A stretch of 62,903 bases of DNA, counting the filler, from Asterionella formosa (Eukaryota): NCBI GenBank assembly GCA_002256025.1. It is 18 parts of 18 records of this genome, joined end to end, with 100 filler letters (N's around TTAATTAATTAA, not from the genome) between each part and the next. Parts side by side here need not be neighbours in the genome. Positions count along the whole stretch, not along the records: positions 11,770 to 41,362 come from NKIB01000996.1; 17 more parts are not named here. One strand, given 5' to 3'. The position numbers and the translations under genes are program-made. Every line of letters starts with the position of its first letter. The stretch's first letter is position 1. Positions 22,134-34,400 of the stretch are shown here, in pieces. Under the pieces are notes generated by a model, which was given only the letters and a program-made list of their open reading frames with translations, was not told the origin of the DNA and did no database searches.

Positions 22134-23130
22134 TTGGTGCACATGAGCAAAATATTTTTGCATGCAGGAATGCGTGCCAACTGTTTACCAAAAGCTGTAG
22201 GTTATGCAGAGGCACTAGCTACCTCTTTGTACTTGCTTTTCACTGGATGCTGTAGGGATACAAAAGAGACCGCATACTTCAATGCTGCCATCCCGAATGC
22301 ACTTACCTGCTACCGATGGATCCATGATGTCGATCTAGCCAAAGGGTGCTGGAACTGGCCTACTCTCAACCATGCAGCAACAAAGTGGAATGCCATTATA
22401 CAAGCCCTTCAGGTCTTCAATCCAACACTGACTGCAAAGCCGTGGTGGAATTTTGACGAATTCTCTGCAGGCAGGGCATTGAATACTCTCGTCAATGGCA
22501 AAGAAACATGGCACGCAGTGTTGAATGAGCTAGATCACGTTAATAGTATTCTTGAAGGAAAAGTTCTAGGAATTGAGGAGAATCAAATGATCGAAATAAT
22601 GTTGAGGGACCAACAACAGAATACAAGGAAATTGTTGAAACTGTAAGTGAACCCACGAACGAAGTAAGAGAGGGAGAAAGGTAGTAATTCGGTCCCCTTT
22701 TTGATAGTATCAATTGTGATGGCGTTAAATGAAATTATGATGCCTTCACTTTGCCAATTGTTGCTTAAAGACGAAAAATCACTGTGCTCCTCTCCATTGA
22801 GTGGATTGTCGATTCCACACAGCACCAGCACAGAGCGTCAACTGTATGAATCTACTTCAGTGGTGACTATCCTTCGACTTAAACCCGGGACTTTTCTTTT
22901 GCCTCATTGTGGAATCACCAATTCGAGGCTAATAATGCATATCTCCCTGAGTGAAACCAACGGAGTTGAACTAACAGATGGGGATAAAATGATAAAAAGG
23001 TACATAGGGGGAGTTGGCCACGGAATAGTCTTCGATGACAGCTATTAGCATTTCATTCACCACGGAGGACACAAGGACCGATTAGTATTATTTTCCGCAT
23101 CAATATGGCGTCGGACTCTGATTCTTTAGT
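22134..23130 (+). pseudogene. Aspartyl/asparaginyl beta-hydroxylase-domain pseudogene
   Basis: ILRLKPGTFLLPHCGITNSRLIMH and IVFDDSY*HFIHHGGHKDRLVL match AspH-type motifs. In-frame stops occur at 22644, 22665 and 23046, the last just before the distal His. Confidence 0.75.
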
Positions 23131-23257
23131 GTAATCATTGGTTCAATATCCACTAAATCATAACTTCCTCCTATTCTGGGTGACCACGATAAAAAGTTTG
23201 TCCTTGAAGCGAAATATCCTATGTACATTATGAAACATTTTCAATAGAAACATTTGT

Positions 23258-26200
23258 TCAGGTGTCTGGAGTAGGCAAAATCAGTCTGTTCTGAAAACTC
23301 CCTTGTAAAAGGAACGAAACAGGGAGACGATAACGATTGAAGGCACAAATCAAGTTCCACCAGATGGTGGCTTGAATATTCGTCCCGTCTCTCCATGCAG
23401 GATTCAACATTCCTTTCACACCATCTGAACCATGAATTACGTGATCAAGTTCCTTACGGAGCACCCAAGGAGATAGCATTTCACAATACAAAGGAGTACC
23501 CTTGCCTTGGGATCCTTCAAATGTTGGAGATGAAGTGGTGACAGTAAGGTGTGGCACAAAGCGGTGTTTGCACTGTGGACATTGAGTTGTAAAGTCCTCG
23601 AAACCGCAAGGATTCCACCCCTTCACAACCTCGTCATCACTCAAGATATTGGAGCAATGCGGACAAGAATCGTTGCTTGTGTCGATATGAATGTCTGGAT
23701 ATAAGTAGTCAAGAAGACTTTCACCCAAGACCACTTGCTTAAGAACACTGGCTGGCAAGGCCATACCAACTTTTCTGGGAGAGCCAAACGAACGATTTCG
23801 GTTCTTCTTCGCCTTCCTCTCTTTCGGCGCCTTCTTCTGGATAATCGGACTGAAAACTGCAGAATACAGGTTAAAAATGAGAGATGAGCCCTTGGCACTG
23901 CTTGTTTCTGAATCATCAAAGGAATTGACCACGGAATGGGACATTTCATCATCTTTTTCTGTCAAAGAGGTATTTGATTTAAATTGTTCGACTTTTTTGG
24001 TCAAAAAACTTGAGTAGGCATCTAATTTTCCATGGCTGACTCCTCCTGAAGCACCCTGACTAGGCATGCCAAGAAGGCTCTCATCCTGCGCAAATGCAGT
24101 CATGAAACACGAATAGATTTCACTATCGGCTACAAAACCATCACGCTTCATGATCTGAATGAGCTGCTTCGCACGATCAGTGCTGCCACAACGTGCACAT
24201 GCCTCCATAAGACTCTTGAATGCATCTGCATCAGTGGATAATCCTCGAATGGACATTGTGGATAAGGAATCAAATGCAAGGTCTAACTGAGCGGTTGAGA
24301 CTGCTCGCGCTTCTTCGAACGCCGCAAGGCCGTCATCAAAAAAGTCCAACAAACTAACATCTCTCCCTTGTCTAGAATCGTTCTTTGGAAAACCCGAACC
24401 AGAATGACTATATTTCATCAGGAAGACGTCTGAGTTGCCTTCATTGTCTTGCGGACATACCTGGTGGGAGCAGTCCAATACCAACGAGGAAATTTCTGCA
24501 TGCATGGTAGCCATTTCCGACTCTGAACATGGATGCCAACGCTTGTCAGCAGGCGAAGCAGATTCTTCTTTTTTCTCCTCGTCGTAGGGTCCAGGTGAAG
24601 GTCCTTCTGTTGCAGGAAAATCTCGGGGCTTGTCACCCTGCCCCCCTTGTTCAGCTTTTCCGGTGTGGTGTTCGGCAATTTCACATGCCTTGAGTTCTTC
24701 GAGTTTCCTTTCACGTTCGTGGTAGTCTTGCCATTCAAGACCAACTACGGCACCGTAACAAAAGAAGAAAACTGTAAATGTTGCGACTTCAGGGGAAGGG
24801 TCATAGTCAGCACCGTAGAACTCTATCAAAGCGGCGGAAGGATCTACTCCGCAATATTGTTTTGACTGTAGTCGTTGAACAAGAGAAGCCTGCCTATCGA
24901 ATTCAGCAGTAATTATCTTTGGAATAGGTCTCGGTTCCCCGAACAATGACGAATCGAAACTATCGGGCCAAATTTCATAGCGATAGGCCTGTTGTTGCGT
25001 TTCTACCTCGAATTCTTTGATTCGTAGGCAGTCCTCGTTTGGCTCAACCGCTCGAAGAGTTTTTAGAACTTTGTGTGCTTTTGCGCTCTGCAAAAATGGC
25101 GTTTCAACTTTCTTCAGTTTCAGTCGACTGCGATTATCCTTTGCATCAATGCTTTGATCAAAAAAGATTACATCTGCATCATCGGGATTGTACATTCGCT
25201 TGGTGATAAAGTCGTCAAACTGCTGCGTCATACACATTTCTTGGAAGAAGGGTTGCTGATCTGATTTTTGCCAAGCAATAAAACCACTTCGATCGAATGT
25301 CATGTGGCTACTTGTCCACCGACCTGGCTTCACGTCCGAAGTCTCGGTCCCATTTGCTTCAGGGACATGCAAAAACTTACGATAAGTCTTCAACGTGGAA
25401 ACAAAGAAACGAAGGAAGGCTTCTTGAACTTTGTCCCATCGACTCTGGGCATCGTTGTCCTCGGCATGGGCTGCATGGACAGAGTCAGGTAAGTATGCCA
25501 TACTGAAAGCATCGTCAAATCCCTTTAGTTTCTCCTTCCATCCTGTATTTCCCTTGACGTCATACATAATTCGAAAGGATTGCGGTGTCATCTTGCCTTT
25601 TAAAACCATTTGATACTCTGCGTCTAGACAGCGAGTTTTCCAGAAAAGTTCTCCAGCATTTTCTTCCACAGCTGCTTGCAACTTATTCCATTTCCTCAAC
25701 GGAGGAGTGGACAATTTCGGCGTTTTCTGGCCCAGTGTGACTTTGTTACTATCCAGATCTACAATAATTGTCTCCGCGCTGATATGCTCTTCTGCATACA
25801 TCAAATTCTCTCTAATTAACCCCACAAGATATGGAATAGGGGCATCCAACATGGGGCTCAAGAATTTTGGCAACATGGGAATATATAAATGGCTCCATTG
25901 CATCGGAAAAAGTAACGAGCAAAGGATCTCGGAGCAGATAGTCAAGATAGAGTATTGGCTAGATATCAACAATATCTTTTGTTCCATAACTAGTGCGTAC
26001 CACACCAGGAGAATATTATTGATCTCCAAACAATCAAAAAGAGTCTGATATGGAAGAGCAACGTAAGCAATGGGAAGTTTGGCAGGAGGCGCCCAAAACT
26101 TTATTGTTGATTGCAAAATGTTAATGTGTACTTCAAATGCTCCTGGTGGAGGTGCTGGAATCTCCAAACAAATGTTGAGAATATACCGTTCCAACGGAGC

Positions 26201-27010
26201 ACGCATCAAGTCTGTAGTAGTAGCCAAGCGGTAGAGCTGCGTTAAATATTCTCGAAAAGCAGTCAAGTACGACCAATAGGAAATTAACGACAAAACCCGT
26301 GGAACATAGAGCGTAGCACCCTTCGCTGAGTCCATCGTCACTTCAATATCGTCCACTCCAGTGTTTTCGTGGACCTTGTTGTTTTGGCCAAATGGCTCAT
26401 CTCCGGACGAAAGATACTCTTCGTATACAGTCAAACAAGTTCCATAGATCTTTCTTCCTTTTTCGTTTGTTAAGACAAAATGATGAATTCTTGGCAGGAC
26501 GTAAGTAGTCGATGGAACAATCGAGTCCGAATGCGGGAAACAGAACTGAACAATCATTGGATTGAGCGGATTATCTGGATAGTCCACCTCGGGAAACCTG
26601 GCCGTAATCGCAGGCTTGAAGGTATACTCAAAGGCACTTCGAGGCATGTGAATGTTCCCACCGTCGTCGTCAGCAACCGTTTCTTGGTTATCTCTCGATT
26701 CTGGTTCATCCACCGGGTGACATACGATTTGTTGACGTATCGATGGTTTGGCGGCCATCCCCTTTTTCTTTCCTATCCGCGGCGAAAACTGTTTAATGGA
26801 TGGATCGACTTTTGGTATTGTCGAGCCGTTGTTCTCCCATCGTGGCTGACTGCTCACCACGACAAAGTATTCCACCAGGCGCTGAATCGATGTTGTTTCT
26901 TCCGTCCTGTCTTCTGCTGTGACTCTACGTCGTAGCTTGACATTTTGAGTTCTCATGGGACAATTGGAAGCTTTGCTGCTGGTAGGATGACTATCATCTA
27001 ATTCGGCCAT
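23258..27010 (-). CDS. DENN-domain Rab GEF, DENND4/CRAG-like (uDENN-DENN-dDENN, PPR motif, C-terminal CxxC region)
   Basis: 1250-aa intact ORF with LVEYFVVVS, QFCFP, HHFVLTNEKGRKIYGTCL, LLFPMQWSHLYIPMLP..LDAPIPYLVG, TQQFDDFI, a PPR-like AFKSLMEACARCG, CPHC/CPQC and LSPWVLRKEL. Confidence 0.93.
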   Translation of the reverse strand: MAELDDSHPTSSKASNCPMRTQNVKLRRRVTAEDRTEETTSIQRLVEYFVVVSSQPRWENNGSTIPKVDPSIKQFSPRIGKKKGMAAKPSIRQQIVCHPVDEPESRDNQETVADDDGGNIHMPRSAFEYTFKPAITARFPEVDYPDNPLNPMIVQFCFPHSDSIVPSTTYVLPRIHHFVLTNEKGRKIYGTCLTVYEEYLSSGDEPFGQNNKVHENTGVDDIEVTMDSAKGATLYVPRVLSLISYWSYLTAFREYLTQLYRLATTTDLMRAPLERYILNICLEIPAPPPGAFEVHINILQSTIKFWAPPAKLPIAYVALPYQTLFDCLEINNILLVWYALVMEQKILLISSQYSILTICSEILCSLLFPMQWSHLYIPMLPKFLSPMLDAPIPYLVGLIRENLMYAEEHISAETIIVDLDSNKVTLGQKTPKLSTPPLRKWNKLQAAVEENAGELFWKTRCLDAEYQMVLKGKMTPQSFRIMYDVKGNTGWKEKLKGFDDAFSMAYLPDSVHAAHAEDNDAQSRWDKVQEAFLRFFVSTLKTYRKFLHVPEANGTETSDVKPGRWTSSHMTFDRSGFIAWQKSDQQPFFQEMCMTQQFDDFITKRMYNPDDADVIFFDQSIDAKDNRSRLKLKKVETPFLQSAKAHKVLKTLRAVEPNEDCLRIKEFEVETQQQAYRYEIWPDSFDSSLFGEPRPIPKIITAEFDRQASLVQRLQSKQYCGVDPSAALIEFYGADYDPSPEVATFTVFFFCYGAVVGLEWQDYHERERKLEELKACEIAEHHTGKAEQGGQGDKPRDFPATEGPSPGPYDEEKKEESASPADKRWHPCSESEMATMHAEISSLVLDCSHQVCPQDNEGNSDVFLMKYSHSGSGFPKNDSRQGRDVSLLDFFDDGLAAFEEARAVSTAQLDLAFDSLSTMSIRGLSTDADAFKSLMEACARCGSTDRAKQLIQIMKRDGFVADSEIYSCFMTAFAQDESLLGMPSQGASGGVSHGKLDAYSSFLTKKVEQFKSNTSLTEKDDEMSHSVVNSFDDSETSSAKGSSLIFNLYSAVFSPIIQKKAPKERKAKKNRNRSFGSPRKVGMALPASVLKQVVLGESLLDYLYPDIHIDTSNDSCPHCSNILSDDEVVKGWNPCGFEDFTTQCPQCKHRFVPHLTVTTSSPTFEGSQGKGTPLYCEMLSPWVLRKELDHVIHGSDGVKGMLNPAWRDGTNIQATIWWNLICAFNRYRLPVSFLLQGSFQNRLILPTPDT

Positions 27011-28480
27011 TTTTGTGAGTCGGGAAAATCGACCGTTCTAAACTTTCCAACGGTATTTATAACCAGTTATATTATCCGCAGTTTCGAATGAAAGATCAAG
27101 GTCGCCAATAATAGCAGTTGCGGCTCTTTCAGAGGGGATTGCAGAAATGGATTTCTAAAGCTAAGATACTGCCAGTCAATACCGATGCAGATGATAGAGA
27201 GGCTTGGATAGGACAATGTTCCTGCTTCCTCGGATGGGATGGGAACATATATGGGTGACAGTAATGAAAGAGTTTTTATATAATGTCTACTACTGTATTA
27301 TAGGGGGCCGTAGACTGATACCGTTAAGCATATTCTTCTCTGAATAATGTTGTACATACATTATGAATCCATTTACCTACCGGGTCTGCCGGTATAAAAA
27401 TAATTAATAAAACCATGTAACAATACTACAGTAATCGGTAATCCTACAGTACTGCTTCTACCATAAAATTTCTTCAGGATTTTGAGTCACCTGATCATTT
27501 TTGGACTACCGGTAGGTACCTGGTTCAGTACGGTTAAATATCTACGTACACATTCAGTTCAGTAACTGATACCAGCTACCTGGTAGGGGTAGTCTACATG
27601 AAATGGGAGTTGGTTTCCCCCTGCCGGGATCGAAAGCCGAACTTTGATCCTGTGCTCCAGTCGTTGAACGGTCTAAAATCATGATACTGTATCATGAGGA
27701 TGAGGCTGGGCTGGCTTTGGCGACGATGCACGCCAGAGCAGCGATTCACTCTTATGTATTTCTTGCCGACGGAAGGACGAATCCCAGAGTGGGTGCGCGC
27801 CATTATAAAACTACCCGGTACTGGTATTCCTGAATGCATTGAATCGACTCCTACGACTAGATCTGTTCGGGCTGCAAAGTGAAAATGAGTTTCAACAAGA
27901 AATCCATCGAAGTGCATTTATTTCGTTCTGTGAAGTGCATTGAAAGAGTGCTATATAGCGCTGTTCTTTGTATTGTTTTCGTGGTAAGTGTTCTGGCGAC
28001 TTCAAAATCAGTTCGTTGGAACTCTGCATGGAGGCAAAATGTGGAAAATGAGACTCTTGTGTTCACATACCGGTAAATTATTGTGATGCTGGAATGAGGG
28101 AATTTCCGATACTTACATATAACATGCGCTGCACACAAAACTTGAATCGGGTTTTTTTGGTGGCTCAATTCGCGAAAACATGCCTCCAAACCAAATTATC
28201 AAACCTTGCGCGCCTCTCGATTTACCCTGGGTCACAATGATTATCAAAACATCATTTTGTTCGAATCATTCTCCACAAAGAATGAGATGTCTCCCGCTGC
28301 CACACACTGTTTCGTGATTCTACGGCAGATTTACGCATTCTCTCGTACATTCAACTAGGGTTCAGTTCAGTTTCGTTCATTACAATCATTGGATCCTCCT
28401 GTTTGTTTCTTGCACCACAAAGACATGCACTCACCCAACTGCCTCATTGCAGATTGATCTGGAAACAAGAGTCACGTATA

Positions 28481-31400
28481 ATGTCGGAAGAAGGGGGATT
28501 GGGGCCTCGTTCCCGTCGTCGGACTGCCAAGGTTGTGAACTATTCCAAGGAGCAAGACTTTAGTGACGATGATGTCTTTGAAGACGACGACGAAAAGGAA
28601 GACATTCGGGTCACTGCTACCAGGACTACATCCACCAAGAAAAGAGGGCGTCCTCGGAAATCTGTCGATCCATCAGGCGAACCAGAGCCGGACGAGGAGG
28701 ACTTTGGACCTACAAAACCTCTATTTACAGAGAAAGGGTATGATCCAACCTTACCCCCTATCCGTGAACGCTTCACATTCCTACCGGAGGTTGAGGCCGA
28801 CGGGTCTCCGCGCATAGAACTGATCGTCGGGCGTCGCCCTATGGGTCTGGGCGTCAAGAATGGCACTGTTGAAGATGTCGAGCAAGATGAGGACGACGGG
28901 GAAGGAGGAGGTACTCGCAAGCGTCGTTCTACCAAAATGAAGGCATCACCCCAAAAGAAAAAAGATGCAACGGGGGAGATTACTGAGTATGAATACTTGA
29001 TCAAGTACAAGGGGGTCTCTTATCTCCATCTGGACTGGAAAACTGGTGGTGATCTTGAAAGTATGAATAGATCTGCAAAGAATCTCTACCGTCGTTTCTT
29101 AAAGAAACTTGCTCATGGAATCGAAGAAGACATCGAAAATCCAGAAATAGACCCCTCTTACGTCCTCCCTCAGAAAATTGTTGATGAGGCCGATCAAGAA
29201 GTCAGTGTGGAACTTACAGACCAAGAACTTGTCAACTGGGAAAAAGAAAATAATGATGAGGAAGATTCCGACGAAGACGATGTCAAGTTCGAAAAGATGG
29301 ACGATGAAGAGTTAACCGGAGTTACAGAGAATGGCACTGATATCAAGAATTCTGGAAACGGTGAGGATGGTAAGTCAACCCTTTCCTCAATCGCCACCAA
29401 TTTGTATGCATTGCAGCTAACCATGCCCCTAAACGCAGACGACCTCGATGTCATCGATTTTGACGACGATATTGACTTCGTCACAATCCCTATGGATAAA
29501 CTTCGTGTCTTGGCGAAACGTGTTGAGCCTTATTATCCGGTTATTGAAGGATCCGACAACCCGTACCGTGATGGATACGTCACGGAGCCCCCGAAGAAAT
29601 CCAGAGCCTCCTACCTTTTCTTTCAATGTACTATGCGTTCGTACTTTCTGAGACGGAACGAAAATGCTTCACAAGCCGAACTCATGTCTATTCTAGGAGA
29701 AGCATGGCGAAATATGTCTGAGGCAGAACAAGCCCCCTTTGTTCAATTGGCGAAAGAAGAAGCTGAACAGTATGAAAAAGAGAAGCTGTTGTTGGAGAAA
29801 GCACAGAAACCTAATGAAGTGTGGCAGCCAATGCGCCGATGCTTACAGGTCCTCGACGCGATGGTGAGCGACGGATTTTCCAACATCTTCCTCGAGCCTG
29901 TAGACCTCAAAGACTTCCCAGATTACGAAGACATTGTCGACACTCCAATGGATCTTGGAACTGTACGAAAGAAACTCGCTGGCAAGAAATATGCTGCACC
30001 AGAAAACTTCGCTCGCGACGTTCGCAAGGTATGTGCATTCTTCCTCTAGACTTTCACCCACATTAATTGTGATCTATACTAATGTTGTCAAATTCTACCT
30101 CCTCATAGATCTGGAATAACTGCAAGGTCTACAACCAGCATGGATCTGCGATTTGGTTCGTTGCCGATTACATGGCAAAGAAATTTGAAAGACTTTTTCA
30201 GGCATGGGTGCTTGGATTCCGTGACCGCTATTTGAGGTGGGCTCACGCGAAAGCCAGACCATGGGAACATTCATGCAGAATGCATGATGGCAAATGTCGC
30301 ACTCGTGACGCCAAGATGATCATGTGTGATCACTGTGACGCGTCCTACGGAATTGAATGCATGAAGCTCAATACAGTACCAGATGGTGCTTGGCATTGCC
30401 CGGAGTGTAAGCCAAGACTCAAAAAGGTTAAAGAGATCAGCCTCATGTCTGCAGTTTCCGAGGCAGCCGCACGAAAAAAGGCCGAGCTTGGTGATGTGCC
30501 CAAAAAGAAGGTCCATCGCACTATGTATCTTGTGAAATGGGCCGGCCTTGGTTATGAGTTTTGCACGTGGGAGACGAGGGAAGATGTAAATGACGACGCA
30601 CTAATAGACGAATATCAACGTCTGAACAAAATGACTCCCGACGAACCCGAGCTTGCTGAAGAGGCCGTGAACGAGGTTCTCAAGAACGTCAAGCACATTT
30701 CAGCTACGAATGCTGGTGGTACTGCATGCATTCCCGATCTTCGTGCTCAGCTCTACGCTCAATCTCGAGCGTTGCATTTTTCTAAATTCGGCCGTGATTT
30801 ACCGATTCCGCTTTCTGCAGAAGTTGGACCATTCACGAAATCAACGTATTTGGTCGACGCGGCGAATAATGAGGGTCACGAGTCCGAGACGTCCTCATTT
30901 TCAAACGAGGTAGTCGAGTGCATCGCTGAACTCGTGCACCGTGTGGTGCGAGCTGATTCTCAGCCACTGATGAACATAAATGCGTCTCTCCCCCCACTTT
31001 TGACGGGGGAATACGATGCTATCATTCCCATAACATCAAAGGGACTGATGATGAATGTCGGTGAAATCCACGGGTCAGTTGCCTTTCTTGGATACAGAAT
31101 TTTTCCTGATGGGAGCAAGGGGCCAGCTGAAATTGCAAATCTAATCAGAAATGTCGGGGACAAGATCATCGCTGTCGATGGCGTCAGCACAGTCAATAAG
31201 TCGTTCAAAGATGTGATTCTCTTGTTGCGTGATAGCGGCAAGAACAAGTTTGCATTCATGCGGTTTCTGGAGAACCGATTTAGTGTCTGCAGCAATGATT
31301 TGACTAGTGTGGGCAACATGGGACGCTATACTGTCGAGGAGCTCCATAGAAAGTTTACCACCGATCGTCAAAGGATGCTCGTTCAGAGAAAGCAAAATCT

Positions 31401-34400
31401 CATTATTGAAGACGAAGTTAAGGTTGAGAAGGCACCCAAAGATGAGGACGACGAAAGCGTACGCTCGCATAACACCGAGGAAGAGTCCGAGGAAGATGGT
31501 AGCGAAGGGGAATTCGAACCTGATAGTGAAGATGATGAGGTCGTTCGGAATCTTTCCAATGACATGCCAGGAAAAGTGCCAGAGCAAACAATCACTATTC
31601 CTATTGGTCAAGCGACTCAATCTGGCGATGCCACCATTCAAACTGTGACTGGGGACGCTCCCGCATCCGTTTCACCAACTGTTGGAAACGAAATTCTGTC
31701 AAAACCGGAAGAGGAGGCAATTTTGTTAAAACAAGAGGCCACAAGATCACTAGCATATCGGTTGCTAGATATGGATGTTGGTTACAGTAGTGATGAAGGT
31801 GGAGAGGAAGACTGTGCATATTTCCTTGACGGAGTTGATCTCACTTTTTCCACCAAGAAGGACTTCGAAAACAAATTAGAATGCGAGAAAAATCCACCTA
31901 TCGAAAAGGCCTTAGATATCCCAGGTAAAAAAGGCAGGTCAAAGGCCCAGAAAGAAGAGGACGACGAATCCAAGGAAGAAAAAGTTATGCTCCCCGTCAA
32001 GCGCAACGAATTTAACAACCTTGGTGATCGGGCCAAGTTAGTTGCCTCTGTTGCTGTAACAATGCTAGAACCAGACGCCGAGGACTTCGTGAACTTCCCT
32101 GGCCTCTCTGACAGAGATCTTGAGGCTGCCAAAGCGATTGCTGCAGAGGAAGCAGCAAAACTAGCAGAGGCAGCTGCAGCTGAGGCAAATAGAGGTCAAG
32201 AGGATGGTTCACCGAACAAGTCTACAAAGAGATCTACTGTCAAAGTCGAACAGATATCGGCGACTACCGGTGAAATTCTACGTATCTGGGCCAACGCAGA
32301 AACTGCAGCCGGAACGCTGCAGGTCCCCCTTGATGAAATTAGACGAATGCTAAGGGGCGAAGTTGAAGAAGACTTTGGTGATGATGTTGGTGGGTTCCGG
32401 TGGCAATATGCATTGTCAGGAGCGGAAGTCACGAAACTGGAAACGAGTAACGGCCGAGGAAGCAAGAAAGGAAAAGAAGCATACTTAGAGTTCCGTGACA
32501 AGCTTTATGACCCGGCTGAGCCCCACTTCTATAAAAATGGTAACAGGCTTCGTGATTATCAAATCGATGGTGTCAACTGGCTCGCAAGTACTTGGTATAA
32601 GCAGCATAGTTGCATTTTGGCTGATGAAATGGGTACGTTATATATTGTATTGTATGCAATATTTCAAATCCTACGGTTACAGGCATCATTGCATCTCTGT
32701 GGCTCATTGTTTCTCGTCTATGATCGCAGGTCTCGGTAAAACAGTACAAATTGTCTCGTATATTGAACATTTGTACCGCGTTGAGAAGCTCCATCGTCCA
32801 TACTTGGTTGTAGTCCCTCTCTCCACCGTCGAACATTGGCGACGTGAATTCCAAGGTTGGACTGACATGGTCTGTTGCGTGTATCATGATAGGCAACGAG
32901 TTTGGAGGGACGTCATGCGAGAATACGGTATGTTAATTCAATTGTTACGTACCTTTGTGTTCGCAATCGTTGAGCTCACAATACTTTTTAGAATGGTACT
33001 TTGACGACCGTCCACATACGTACGACTATTTGAAATTTGACGTGCTGGTCACAACGTACGACACCTTGATTGGCGACTTTGATATCATAGGGCAGATCCC
33101 ATGGCGAGTCGCTGTCGTTGATGAAGCACATCGACTTCGTAATCAAAAGGGGAAGCTCCTTGAGTGTATGAAAGAAATCAGCGCACGTGGAACGCTTCAA
33201 TACGGATTCCAGAGTCGTATCCTTATGACCGGAACGCCGCTCCAAAATAACACACAAGAGTTATGGACACTCCTTAATTTCATCGAGCCGTATAAGTTTC
33301 CAAGTTTGGAAGATTTCCAGGCAAATTTTGGCAACATGGCAAATCGTCAACAAGTCGAGTCCCTTCAGCAGATGATATCTCCGTATATGCTTCGTCGTGT
33401 AAAGGAAGATGTTGCCAAGGACATCCCTGCAAAGGAAGAAACAGTCATCGACGTTGAGTTGACTAGTATACAAAAACAATATTACCGCGCAATCTTTGAG
33501 CAAAATCATGCTTTTCTGAGCATGGGTTCAAACCGCTCGGTTGCACCAAAACTGATGAACATTCAGATGGAATTACGGAAGTGCTGCAACCATCCTTTTC
33601 TGCTCGAGGGCATCGAGCATAGAGAAAATGAAAAGGCTTTCTCCACGTTGTTGGAAACGGGCGCATTAGATGGCAAGTCTGCCGAAGAGCAGCAGCAACT
33701 TCTTAATGAGCATGGCTACATTAAGACCAGTGGTAAAATGGTTCTCCTAGACAAGCTGTTGCCAAAGCTACGGAGTGAAGGCCATAAGGTTCTTGTTTTT
33801 AGCCAGATGGTGAAGATGCTTGACTTGATCTCAGAGTATTGCGATTTCCGTGGGTTCAGACACGAGCGACTTGACGGGCGAATTCGTGGGAGTGAGCGTC
33901 AGAAAGCTATTGACCGCTTTGAAACCGAGTCGGATAGTTTTATGTTTTTGTTGTCGACGCGCGCAGGAGGAGTTGGAATCAATCTGACAGCAGCCGGTAA
34001 GTACAAAGCGCTGTTTTGGTTTACGCACTTGTACACGATATGTTTTCCTCATAACTACTTTCAAGATACCTGTATCATTTTTGATAGTGACTGGAATCCT
34101 CAGAATGACGTCCAAGCTCAAGCTCGGTGTCACAGAATTGGTCAGACCAAGGATGTTCGAATCTACAGGTTGATTACTAGCCGCAGTTTTGAGACAGAAA
34201 TGTTTGATCGCGCAAGTAAAAAACTCGGACTAGAGCAAGCTGTTCTCGGGACTTTTGGTGCAGACAACGAGGACGATAAACCAACGTCGAAAGAAATGGA
34301 GCAATTGCTGAAAAAAGGAGCCTACGCTCTTCTTGAAGACGATGACGATGTTATCAATGAATTCGTTGCTGATGACATTGACAGCATTCTTGCGAAGCGT

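Noticed and set aside
27600..27880. Coding-like fragment (LYHEDEAGLALATMHARAAIHSYVF..PRVGARHYKTTRY) between the DENN and CHD genes
   Set aside because: It is short, interrupted and cannot be assigned to a family by eye. It may be a pseudogene scrap.
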